From Octopus bimaculoides (lineage: Eukaryota), in NCBI RefSeq assembly GCF_001194135.2, contig NC_069005.1, forward strand, positions 22,708,666-22,741,098: a stretch of 32,433 nucleotides of DNA. The letters run 5' to 3'. The notes beneath the pieces were generated by a model. It had not been told where the DNA came from, did not search any database, and saw only the letters and a list, made by a program, of their open reading frames with translations. Position 1 is the stretch's first letter, and the number at the start of each line of letters is the position of its first letter. Shown piece after piece: positions 11,271-22,090 of the stretch. Made by a program: the position numbers and the translations under genes.

Positions 11271-11370
11271 CTTGTTGATAGACACAGCCAGTGTATATGT
11301 TACTGACAAGAATCCTTCCTTCCAGTGGAGAGTTTGCACCACCTTCTAATGCAACACCAAGAGAACCATT
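11271..11370 (-). CDS. USH1C: Harmonin PDZ3 exon (NGSLGVALEGGANSPLEGRILVSNIYTGCVYQQ-G), 100 nt
   Basis: Acceptor ctatcttacag, donor gtaacg; ALEGGxxSP motif. Confidence 0.95.
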
Positions 11371-11444
11371 CTGTAAGATAGAAAACAAAAACCTCATTTA
11401 AGTTTCATGCTTTTGCTACATACATGGCTATTTTTCTGTAGATA

Positions 11445-12130
11445 ATTAATTTATAAATATATAAACTTTGACAGATATTTTTTCCTCTGATAAACTAATT
11501 AATTTAGTATTTTGTACTCGGAATAATGTTTATATAAATACGAATAAATAAATTAGAAAAATTATTATTATTATATATAATTATATCTTTTTAAATAATT
11601 ATACATGTATGCATATTTATTGTGGTACCTATTTAGTTTTAATATAGTTCATCATATGATGGTTCTTTAGAGCTTGTATGCAAATAATAATTTGTAGAAT
11701 AATATAACTAATGCCTTACTCTAATTTGGTTCCTTCTGAAAACTAAGTAAAATTATGATTTTCTTATTTATAGTTTATTTTCTCCTTATCAAAGAAATAA
11801 TATAGTTTTTAATTATCATAGTTTTATGTTTTTGTCTATTTTATTCACAGATATTTCCTCAGATAAACTAAATAAATTTTGTATTTTTTACTTGTTAGTT
11901 ACTTAGAATAATGTTTATATCAGTAAGAATAAATCAATAAGAGTAGTTATATATTTTCATTATATATAATTATATATATTTTTGAACAATTATCCATATA
12001 CGAATATTTATTGTATATTTATGCATATAAATTTATAGAATAAAAATATTGGGTTAACATAATTTATTTCCTTCTGTAAAACTAAGTAAAACTCTGATAC
12101 TTTATTTATTTATATATTATTATCATTAAT
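11445..12130. repeat. Diverged AT-rich tandem duplication, period roughly 340-390 bp
   Basis: Anchors gataaacta, gaataatgtttatat, ttatatataattatat and ccttctg(t)aaaactaagtaaaa each occur twice. Confidence 0.75.
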
Positions 12131-13344
12131 ATGTAAACATTAGTATGGTTTTATAATGATTGTAACTTTATACATCTGTTTAACATTGGCGTATTTGGTA
12201 ATTGAGTGAATGAACTATCGATTTGGATATTTTTTTATTGAATTTAGAGTCAGAATTAAAAATATCCTTATTTATTTATCGTCTTTCATCATAATATATA
12301 GTAGTTTTAAATAAAATATATTTCCTGCTCCTCTATAAATTTTTAATATATTACATATTATATAGGTATTAATATATTATAAAATGGCCAGTGATTATTT
12401 TCGATTAATATTATTGGAGATCCATAAGAATATTTTATGACCATTGTAAATTTTCTTTCATTAATCATTTTATCCATTTAAATTTTGTTGTTCTTTTTAT
12501 TGTGCTTATGTATTTCAGTTGTTAACGCTCACACTTCTAAACATAGGTATTTTTTGAATCAGTATTTTTGTAATATGGCAGTCCTTACATGGAATTTTGT
12601 CTGTTTTTTGAACCAAGGCCCTGAAGAGGCTTGTATACAGATATGGGAATTTTTTAATAAATTCACTAGTGTATATGAGTCAAAACAAATTGTTGGCTTT
12701 ATATATGCTTTTTTTAAAGATTTGTTATGTTATGTTATGTTATATTATATTATAATGTAAATAAATTTTAAACTTGTCAATTGTATTTCTCTATTTCATT
12801 TAATCTCTCTCTCTCTCTCTATACATATACATACATGTATGAATATTTTCTGCAAAAAGTACTGTTTCAATATCTAGTCAGGCATGCCCAGCCATCAATG
12901 CCTAAACNNNNNNNNNNGGGGGGGGGGGGTGATGATGACTTGAAACAGTGGATGAGTAACCTGCCTATGTAAGGCCTATGGAAAACTGTTCCAAGCTGAT
13001 AACAGTGGTTGAATGCATATCTAGGATGTCACTAGGGGTTATTTGCCAATCAGATGTTGCAAGGAGGAGGAGGAAAAAGAGGAGAAGGGGGAGGAGACAA
13101 ACGCTACATACCCAGTTACACATACATTACACATTTGCTTACATATGGTTGCCAATCAAATCTAGTGATGACTATCTTCTAAATCATTCATTTGTTAATT
13201 CTTTGATAACTGCTAATCCAAATCCTCAATATGCAGCTTAGGTTGTGGGCAGAACATGCTTATATTTGATTGGAGAGGTTATGTGTTACCTTGTATTGAT
13301 GCTTCTTTCTATGCTTCTGTCAGCAGTGCTGAATGCATTGCTCC

Positions 13345-13650
13345 TGCATGGCTTAGTGGTTAGGATATTTGGCACATGATCATAAGGTCTTAAGTTCAAT
13401 TCTTGGCAGTGTGTTGCGTCCTTGAGCATGACACTTTATTTCTTGTTGCTCCAGTTCACTTAACTGGTAAAAATTAGTAGTACCTGTAATTCAAAGGGCC
13501 AGCCTTGTCATATTCTGTGTCATGCTGAATCTCCCTCCCTAAGCACTACATTAAGGGTATACATGTCTGTCGAGTGATCAGCCACTTGTTAATGTCACGA
13601 ACAGGCTGTTCAGTTAATTGAATCATCTGCAACACTTGTCGTAATGGAGA
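13345..13650 (+). mobile_element. tRNA-derived SINE family C
   Basis: gcatggcttagtggttagg (A-box-like), gttcaattc (B-box-like); similar copies at 3350-3680 and 25810-26055 (minus) and 15155-15290 (plus, partial). Confidence 0.8.
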
Positions 13651-14072
13651 CCAGCTTCACTGTCTGTCTGTCAGTCCCACTGATTTTTCTGCTCTCATAC
13701 AAATTGCCTGGTGGACAAGGACTTTGGTATGGAGGCTGAGGTAGATGTCTAAAAAAGATTCTCTGAATCTTCCAAAGGAGACAGAATCTCATCCAGTGTA
13801 TAGCATTGCAAATGATGCCGGCTACCTGTCTGGATTGAAAGGATGTTGGTAATTGCTGCTTTTGTACGGAGAATATGGACAGGAAGAAAGACAGTGCAAT
13901 ATGTCACTGATAAATGATCCTAGTTTTCTGGATCATTAACTGTCAGGTGTGTAAGCACTTGGCCTACTGGCTAGGTGTTGTGAAAACAATGTTGATGATG
14001 ATAACAAAAAAAAAAAGAAAAGTAACACAAGTGACAGGAATAGCAGAAAAACAAAAAAAAATCAGAAAAACA

Positions 14073-14140
14073 GCAGCAGCAGTAGCAGCAGCAGAAGAAG
14101 AAGAAGAAGAAAAAGAAGAAGAAGAAGAAGAAGAAGAAAG
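14073..14140. repeat. (GCA)n-(GAA)n microsatellite
   Basis: Direct observation; explains the poly-E and poly-S ORFs. Confidence 0.95.
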
Positions 14141-14247
14141 ATGAGCAATAATTTTCAAGTGCAGCACATTACTTCACAGAGGGAAAGAAAAGACATTTTT
14201 TTTTTAAATGCACCCTCTACTCCACCAGCAACTTAGAAACAACTTAC

Positions 14248-14301
14248 AATTTTTATATCAATTTTCCTGATTTGTCTTCCACCAATTTCCTTTGTAGAAA
14301 A
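14248..14301 (-). CDS. USH1C: Harmonin exon, start of PDZ3 (FSTKEIGGRQIRKIDIKI), 54 nt
   Basis: Acceptor tttgtcttttcag, donor gtaagt; matches human FTPEQIMGKDVRLLRIKK in length and pattern. Confidence 0.92.
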
Positions 14302-14690
14302 CTGAAAAGACAAATAAATAAATAAATAATAAATGAATAAGTCAGATATGATTTCATTGTTCAGTGGGTACTTATTTTAATGGCCCTGGAAGGATGAAAG
14401 GCAAGGTCAACCTTGGTGGAATTTGAACCCAGAATGTAAAGATGGATAAGGTGTCATTAAGCATTATTTTCAGTGCAGTAATGATTCGTGAAATATTGGT
14501 TTTAAATTATGTTATAAGGCCAACAATTCTGATTCTGGAGGAGGAGATAAGTTGATTGCATCGACCCCCCAGTTCTCAACAGGTTCTTATTTTATTAACC
14601 CTGAGGGGATGAATGGCAAAGTCGACTCAGGTGGAATTTGAACTCAGAAAGTAAGATGGACAAAATGCTACTAAGCATCCTACCCTGTGT

Positions 14691-14921
14691 TATGTCATTA
14701 CTGCCCACAAGGGGTTACACACAGAGGGGACAAACAAGGACAGACAAACGGATTAAGTCAATTATATCGACCCCAGTGCATAACTGGTACTTATTTAATC
14801 GACCCCGAAAGGATGAAAGGCAAAGTCGACCTCGACGGAATTTGAACTCAGAACGTAGTGGCAGACGAAATACTGTTAAGCATTTCGCCCGGAGTGCTAA
14901 CGTTTCTGCCAGCTCGCCGCT
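14691..14921 (-). mobile_element. Young tRNA-derived SINE (family B) nested in an older copy, 15-bp TSD
   Basis: catcctaccctgtgt at 14676-14690 and 14922-14936; CpGs intact; B-box-like gagttcaaattcc; central gcctttcatcctttcggggtcgat domain. Confidence 0.9.
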
Positions 14922-15000
14922 CATCCTACCCTGTGTGCTAACACTTCTACCAGCCTGTAGTCTTACAATTTGTTAAATATTGAAATAAAAAATAGTTTAC

Positions 15001-15043
15001 CATCTTTCTTGCTTCATTATCACTGAGGGCTGCCACGTTTTCA
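15001..15043 (-). CDS. USH1C: Harmonin exon (N-ENVAALSDNEARKM), 43 nt
   Basis: Long polypyrimidine tract plus tag, donor gtaaac; ends in M at the position of the human ...PYSM|FTPEQI junction as recalled. Confidence 0.85.
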
Positions 15044-15759
15044 CTATAAAGAAAAGAAAGAGGGGAAAAGGAGATATTATTGAATTGATTTGGTTTAGTG
15101 ATCAAAGGCAAATTATTATATTCTGTTAATACATTGAATACACTCAGAAACGCAACCAAGTGGTTAGAGTGCTTTGCTCATGATCATGAAGTTGCTGGTT
15201 CAATTTCTGGACTTGGTGGTATGTTGTGTCCCTGAGTAAGACACTTCATTTCATATTGCTCCAGTCTATTCACCTGTAATTAGTACCAAGGCAGGAAACC
15301 CCTCCAGCTGTCACATCCATGCAAGTTCCATGGGAGTGGGATGAGGTGGGGGACTAGAGGGTATCTATGTCTGCTTATAACTAAACAGGGACCTAAGACA
15401 GTTGTCTTAGGTGCATGCTATTAAACCATAATGGCTAGCAAGTAACTGCTAGCTGTTCCTTACATTAAATACTATCTTTAGTAGGCAGAAAAAAACAGTA
15501 GGCCATTGTTTATGTCAAAGTTATTGAGAATTTAAAAAGAAACTAACTGGTTAATTTAAAAACGGTCATGCAAGCAAGAGTGTGAATTTGATGGAGTTTA
15601 ATTAATTTGTTAGACAAAAGGAGGGTTGATAAGGAAAAATATAATAATGGCTTAATTTTATATCCATGAGGTAATCCTGCACACACATATATACGCACAT
15701 ATAAACACATACACTCACACTCATACACAGTCACAGCCACACAGCTATTATGTCTGTAC

Positions 15760-16225
15760 CTATTCTAAAAGAATGAAAGGCAATGTTGACCTTTGAAGAA
15801 TTTGAGATGAATGTAGAGATGGACAAAAGCATTTCACCCAGCATGCTTATGGTTCTGTTATGTCACTTCCTTAGAAATTAGAAATGAAATTGGTTTCAAA
15901 TTTTGGCACATGACCAGTAATTTTGGGGAGGGGTAAGTCAATTACATTGATCCCAGTCCTCAACTGGTCCTTTTTTTTTTTATCAACCCTGAAAAGATAA
16001 ACGGCAAAGTCGACCTTGGTAACATTTGAACTCAGAATGTAATGATGAATAAAATGCTGCTAAGCATTTTGCTCAACATGCTAATGATTCTGCCAGCTCA
16101 CTGTCAAGCATATTGACCCCCAATGTTCAACTGGTACTTTTTTAATTGACCCTGAAAGGATGAAAGGCAAAGTTGACCTCTTTGGAATTTGCACTCAGAA
16201 CATAAACATGGATGAAATGCCAATA
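15760..16225 (-). mobile_element. Cluster of partial SINE family B copies
   Basis: Repeated gaaaggcaaagttgacc...gaatttgaactcagaatg segments. Confidence 0.7.
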
Positions 16226-16981
16226 AACATTTCTCAAGATGGCTTTTCATTTAGGCTTGGACTTCAGATCTACAAGCAACACCGATGTCATTGTGATACT
16301 GCTGCAGAAATTTTTGACTCCAGACAAAGTCATGCAGCCTCATTGTTGACCATTTTCTTCATCATCCAACATGACGTGGATGAACCAGTTCTCCATCATA
16401 ACTAGAGCCAGGAAAGTTAAACTAAGAGGACAATGAAAGACTGCATGACATCACATTCTTCTGGTTCCAAGGCAGTGGTCTCTCATCCAAGATACCATCT
16501 TCATTGATATATTCTCCAGCATCAGACATAGGATGTGTTGCCCTACAGGAAGAAATTTTCAAGGCAACAAATTACTGATTGTTCTCCAATAAGTTTCTTG
16601 TTGAACTAACAATGGCAGAAGCAGCAGGCATACTGGGCCCCAAACCACCTCCCTACAGCATATAATCAAGATAGGGATTGCTGTCATCAGAATGAACCTG
16701 CAATAGGGGGAACAGCTCGGTCAGCATATCTCTCATCATTCTTTGAGCTAAAGCATTCATCACTTTGCTTGCTGGGATTATGAAACATTTACATAATTCC
16801 TTGTAATGCATTTTACTAAAACCGTTAATTTGTTAATTAGTTAGTCAATTTCAGAAAAGAAATAAATTAAAGCCACCCCACTTTCTCCTACATCCCCACT
16901 CTGTAAAAGGGTCTTTTTTTAAAGCGTTGTGAGTCATTTGGTGACGTTACCAGTACTGATACCAAGGAAGAAGCCCCCAGT

Positions 16982-17197
16982 ATGCTTTACTCTTTACTCT
17001 TTTACTTGTTTCAGTCATTTGACTGCGGCCATGCTGGAGCACCGCCTTCAGTCGAGCAAATCGACCCCGGGACTTATTCTTTGGAAGCCTAGTACTTATT
17101 CTATCGGTCTCTTTTGCTGAACCGCTAGGTGACGGGGACATAAACACACCAGCATCGTTTGTCAGGCAATGCTAGGGGAACAAACACAGACACACAA

Positions 17198-17252
<55 letters not shown>

Positions 17253-17762
17253 TAGTTNNNNNNNNNNNNNNNNNNNNNNNNNNNNNNNNNNNNNNNNNNN
17301 NNNNNNNNNNNNNNNNNNNNNNNNNNNNNNNNNNNNNNNNNNNNNNNNNNNNNNNNNNNNNNNNNNNNNNNNNNNNNNNNNNNNNNNNNNNNNNNNNNNN
17401 NNNNNNNNNNNNNNNNNNNNNNNNNNNNNNNNNNNNNNNNNNNNNNNNNNNNNNNNNNNNNNNNNNNNNNNNNNNNNNNNNNNNNNNNNNNTCACTGTCA
17501 AGCATATTGACCCCCAATGTTCAACTGGTACTTTTTTAATTGACCCTGAAAGGATGAAAGGCAAAGTTGACCTCTTTGGAATTTGCACTCAGAACATAAA
17601 CATATATACGACGGGTTTCTTTCAGTTTCCGTCTACCAAATCCACTCACAAGGCTTTGGTCGGCCGGAGGCTATAGTAGAAGACATTTGCTCAAGATGCC
17701 CCGCAGTGGGACTGAATCCGGAACCATGTGGTTGGTAAGCAAGCTACTTACCACACAGCCCC
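16982..17762 (-). mobile_element. SINE family A copy interrupted by gap and misplaced contig end
   Basis: Tail at 16982-17200, head at 17604-17762. Confidence 0.8.
17492..17603 (+). other. Probable assembly artefact: 112 nt identical to 16098-16209 placed at a gap edge
   Basis: Exact sequence identity, located between an N run and the rest of an unrelated SINE. Confidence 0.8.
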
Positions 17763-18022
17763 TTCTGCGCCTGCAAAATGGTTGGCTTTAAGAAGGGTAT
17801 CCAGCTGTAAAAATTATGCCAAAGCAGACATTGAAGCTTGAGGCATTTTCAAACTCACTGGATCCTGTCAAACAGTCCAAACCATGCCAGAAAGACATTA
17901 AATAAAATGATGATGATGAAACCAATTTGTTATTCATTAAAGGTTATTTAAGTGAATGATAGAGCAATTAGATTATTTAGTTAGGTATCAGGTAGAAAGG
18001 ATGGCAAGGAAACGGTTCTTAC

Positions 18023-18105
18023 TTGGATACTGATAATTCAGGATTCTTGTACAGAACAAAATTACTGTTGACTGGATTGTTGTCATGGTCATCATCATGA
18101 GAAAC
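18023..18105 (-). CDS. USH1C: Harmonin linker exon (VSHDDDHDNNPVNSNFVLYKNPELSVS-N), 83 nt
   Basis: Acceptor cccattatttccag, donor gtaaga; phases fit. Confidence 0.8.
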
Positions 18106-18221
18106 CTGGAAATAATGGGAAATGATCATATAATTATGTGGTAATATAAGTATATGGATGTGTGCGCATCTATGTGTCTATATGTGCATACATATGTGAG
18201 TGTGTGTGTAAGTGTGAGTAG

Positions 18222-18269
<48 letters not shown>

Positions 18270-18379
18270 ATGCATATATNNNNNNNNNNNNNNNNNNNNN
18301 NNNNNNNNNNNNNNNNNNNNNNNNNNNNNNNNNNNNNNNNNNNNNNNNNNNNNNNNNNNNNNNNNNNNNNNNNNNNNNN

Positions 18380-18431
<52 letters not shown>

Positions 18432-18465
18432 TTTATATATATATACACATATATATTATTTTCTT

Positions 18466-18850
18466 TCTTTATCACTTTACTTGTTTCAGTCATTAGACTG
18501 AGGCAATGTTGAAGTACTGCCTTTTTAAATTTGTTAGTCAAATGAATCAACTTCAGTACTTACTTTTTAAAGTCTGGTACATATTTTATCAGTCTCTTTT
18601 GCCAAACCACTAAGTCACAGCAATGTAAACACTCCAGGATCAGTTGTGAAGTAGTGGTGGAGGACAAACACAGACACAAAGACACACACGCACACACACA
18701 CACACAACAGGCTTCTTTCAGTTTCTATCTACTGAATCTACTCAAGAGACTTTGGTTGACCCAATGCTATAGTAGAAGACACTTGCCCAAGGTGCTGAGC
18801 ATTGGGACTGAACTTGGAGCCATGTACTTGGGAAGCATGCTTTTTAAGCA
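18466..18850 (-). mobile_element. SINE family A copy, older
   Basis: Colinear similarity to 10071-10477. Confidence 0.75.
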
Positions 18851-18857
18851 TTTATCT

Positions 18858-18903
<46 letters not shown>
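18858..18903. repeat. (ATG)n microsatellite
   Basis: Direct observation; explains the poly-M ORF. Confidence 0.95.
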
Positions 18904-18906
<3 letters not shown>

Positions 18907-18927
18907 TTATTACTACAGACTACATAC

Positions 18928-18983
18928 TTGATCTGTTAAAAAGTCAATCGGAGGTTCTGGTAAATAAGGTTCATTATCATAAT
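18928..18983 (-). CDS. USH1C: Harmonin linker exon (D-YDNEPYLPEPPIDFLTDQ), 56 nt
   Basis: Acceptor ttttatctttcag, donor gtatgt; phases fit. Confidence 0.8.
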
Positions 18984-19025
18984 CTGAAAGATAAAACAAA
19001 GTGCTAGGTAAGTATAGAGCAGTAA

Positions 19026-19354
19026 TAAGAGAATGAGATCGTAAAGGAATAAATGATTATTTTATGAACATCATTAGCTTACAGCTGTTTCTGCTATAAG
19101 ATGCTGTGAACTCATAGTTGAGTGCCTGAATAACACCTTATAGCTTCATCAGAGCCTCAAATATGAAATACAATTTATTTGGCAAAGGATTACAATAGTG
19201 CCTACATAGGGAACGGCATCAGCTGCACTTCATATTTGAGGCTCTGTGTTATTCAGGAACTTAGAGTCCACTGCATCTTATATAAAAAAAACAACAACTG
19301 TAAGCTAATGACGTTCATAACATAATCATTTTTTCCCTTGTCATCTCATTTTCT

Positions 19355-19356
<2 letters not shown>
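19026..19356. mobile_element. Fold-back / MITE-like element with about 140-bp inverted arms
   Basis: Left arm aagagaatgagatc...atgaacatcattagcttacag...cagagcctcaaatatgaa mirrors right arm ttcatatttgaggctctg...ctgtaagctaatgacgttcat...catctcattttcttg|TA. Confidence 0.75.
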
Positions 19357-19390
<34 letters not shown>

Positions 19391-19395
<5 letters not shown>

Positions 19396-20295
19396 GGGTG
19401 CTCAAAAGAAACTGGAATTGCGCAATATATTTTATTCACCTAGTCTTTCATGTTTACACATTTATTGTCTTCAAAGTATTCTCCATTTGAAGTGATGCAT
19501 TGGTCCAGATGTGGTTTCCATTGTTGGAAGCAGTCTTGGAACTCTTGCAAAGTGATGTCTTCTCATACCTGTGTCGTTTCTTTCTTCATCTCTTCCTCAT
19601 ATGCAAATTCCGTAGCACCTGCTTTCGTCACCAGTGATGACCTTCGAAAAAAGGTCCAAATCAACTTCCAACTGTTCTTTCAGTTCACAACACGCATTCA
19701 GTTGTGAATGCTTTTGATTTTCCATGAGCAAGTGAGGCACAAATTTTGTTGCAACTCTTTTCATTCACAATTCCTCACACAAAATTCGTTGGCAGGAGCT
19801 CCAAGACACACCAATCATATCAACAAGTCCATCAATTGTTCGGTGATGGTCCTCCAAGATTAGTCCATGAATTTTCATGATGTTTTCATTTGTCTGGGAA
19901 GTCAACGGATGCCCTTAATGAGGTTGGTACTCAAGCGAAAAGCGACCGTTCCTAAAGCATGAAAACCACTTGTAAACTTGTGTTTTGTTCATGGCAGTGG
20001 CCTTGTAAGCTGTTTGAAGTATGACAACTGTTTTGGCCACTGTTTTCCCCAACAGAAAACAGAATTTCATGGAAGCATGCTGTTCCTTTGTTTCAGCCAT
20101 CGCAAAAGTCGATGAACAGGGAAGAAGCTCTGCAAAACAAAAACGCACCACATGGCAGTATGATCCTAGTGGACAGTGCCGGTCCACAGACTGATGCCTG
20201 AGGGTCACATCAAATGGCTTCTCGCAGCAGAAGCCTGAACTACAACAGGCTTGTCCCACAGAGAATGTTTCCAGTTACTTTTGGGTACCCCCTTG
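19391..20295 (-). mobile_element. Internally deleted mariner-like DNA transposon
   Basis: TIRs aagggggtgctcaaaagaaactgg / ccagttacttttgggtaccccctt, TA flanks; decayed transposase N-terminus MAETKEQHASMKFCFLLGKTVAKTVVILQTAYK...KTQVYKWF. Confidence 0.9.
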
Positions 20296-20741
20296 TATAT
20301 AAGTATGTAAATGTTCATTTTCAACATAGGAACATAACCTCACATTTGAGTAAAGCTGATTATATCAGCTCCCTTTCAGTACATAACAGGTACTTAATTT
20401 TATTGCAACCGGTACTTTGAAAGATGAAAAGCAATGTTCACCTTGGCAGGATTTGAACTCAAAAATGCTAAGAGCCGTAACTAAATTTTGTCCAACATTC
20501 TAGCAATTCTGTTAATCCACTGATTAATTAATTACTAGTTTGAAAAATGAATATTGCAAAAGCAATAACTCAATGCAGACATTTTTAACACTTATATTTA
20601 ATATATAAATGAAATTATTGTTAACAATACTCAGGAGCATTACAAGTTGTTAAGAAAGGTTAAAGGAGAGGACAAAAAGCAGACATACAAACCAAATAAA
20701 AAAAAAAAGACAGCAATGAAAGCTAGAAGTACATACATGTA

Positions 20742-21636
20742 TGTGGTCTGATCAATACGTATCCGGACTGTTGCCATAGAAATGAAGCTAAAGCATGCAG
20801 AGTAAAGCTGCTCAGCCCAGATTGACCGTAAACTCTGCTGTGCATGTACACTAAGCTTTAACATTCTAGCTCACTTCTGCTATTTACAGCAGTGCTTGGA
20901 AGGAAGGTGTGTAGCATGTGATCATTGCATTGACCATGACAGAGAAAGTTAAGCAGAGAATCTGCATCAAATTTTGCCAAAAGCTTGGCGATACTTGCTC
21001 TGAGGCCTACGCAAAATTTTAAAAAAGTTTTCATCATTCTCAACACAATCAAGGAGATCTTGTGCAACTGAAACCCGAATGTCTTTTTGGTCAGCTAAAA
21101 ACTGTTTTGGCACAAACTTAGAAGACACACATCCCACACCCAAATCTTCAGTGCTAATGGACTGAACTGAACTGTAACTAATCTACACGTCTTCTGATCA
21201 GTCACAGATGGTGATTCAATGATTTCTCCACACAGCTGCTCATACATCTGCAATGTTTTCCTCAGTTCTGCTGGTTGTGGGTCTCCCTGAACGTTCATCA
21301 GTATTGACATTTTTTTGGCTATCTTGAAAACATCTGAACCACTCGTACACTTGTGTGCGGCTTATACACTCCTCTTCATACACTTTCTACAACTTTGCAT
21401 AGGCCTGTGAGCAGTTATTACCATGACAACTTTCTTTGTCATGGTTAATGCAATGATCACACGCTACACACCTTCCTTCCAAACACTGCTGTAAACAGCA
21501 GAAATGAGCTGGATCATTAAAAGTTAGTGTGCACGCACAACAGCATTCAAAGTCAATCTGTGCCAAGCAGCTTCACGCTGCATGCTTTAGCTTTGTGATT
21601 ATGGCAACAGTCCAGATACTCATTGATCAGACCTTG
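20742..21636. mobile_element. Mariner derivative built from two inverted 5' ends (about 200-bp inverted arms)
   Basis: TIRs ggtctgatcaat..tatc(c/t)ggactgttgccat at both ends with TA flanks; transposase start MTEKVKQRICIKFCQKLG on + strand and ...RTQVYEWFRCF...ERSGRPTTSRTEENI on - strand. Confidence 0.85.
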
Positions 21637-21693
21637 TACACAGAATAGAACACAAAGACAGAATAAGGTGAGCATTAAGTGACATAAATTTAC

Positions 21694-21801
21694 CTGGTCT
21701 GTATGGTAACCGAACTTCTTCATAGCCATTGGCTATTTCAACATCTATTTCTCCTAATTCCCGTCTCTCATTTTGACTACCACGTTCAGATTCCTCTGTA
21801 A
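21694..21801 (-). CDS. USH1C: Harmonin linker exon (F-TEESERGSQNERRELGEIDVEIANGYEEVRLPYRP-D), 108 nt
   Basis: Acceptor tcttattttag, donor gtaaat. A nearby CAG acceptor (exon start 21795) would create TAG with the upstream exon, so 21801 is preferred. Confidence 0.82.
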
Positions 21802-21873
21802 CTAAAATAAGAATATATTTTGATGTTAAAATTACAACAAATATCAAGAACTAAAAGAAAAAAAGTTTCTATA

Positions 21874-22020
21874 GGTGCAAGTAGAGTAAGAAGTTTGCTT
21901 CCCAAGCATATGGTTCTGGGTTCAGTCACATTGGCACCTTGGGCAAGTGTCTTCTACTATAGCCTCAGGCCGACCAATGCCTTTTGACTGGATTTGGTAG
22001 AAAGAAACTGAAAGAAGCCC

Positions 22021-22090
<70 letters not shown>
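21874..22090 (+). mobile_element. SINE family A 5' half running into microsatellite and gap
   Basis: ggttctgggttcagtc...ggcaccttgggcaagtgtcttctactatagcctc... Confidence 0.75.

Noticed and set aside
12485-12760. ORF with signal-peptide-like start (MLFFLLCLCISVVNA)
   Set aside because: Starts at TTG in T-rich DNA and ends in a (TTATG)n repeat; hydrophobicity is compositional.
13143-13178. KIVITRFDWQPY as the constitutive exon before FxxxxI-G
   Set aside because: The 54-nt FSTKEIGG exon lies upstream of it (14248-14301) and 15001-15043 fills that role; kept only as a weak optional exon.
13650-13990. Possible L1/Tx1 3' fragment
   Set aside because: Only loose motif resemblance; too degraded to support a call.
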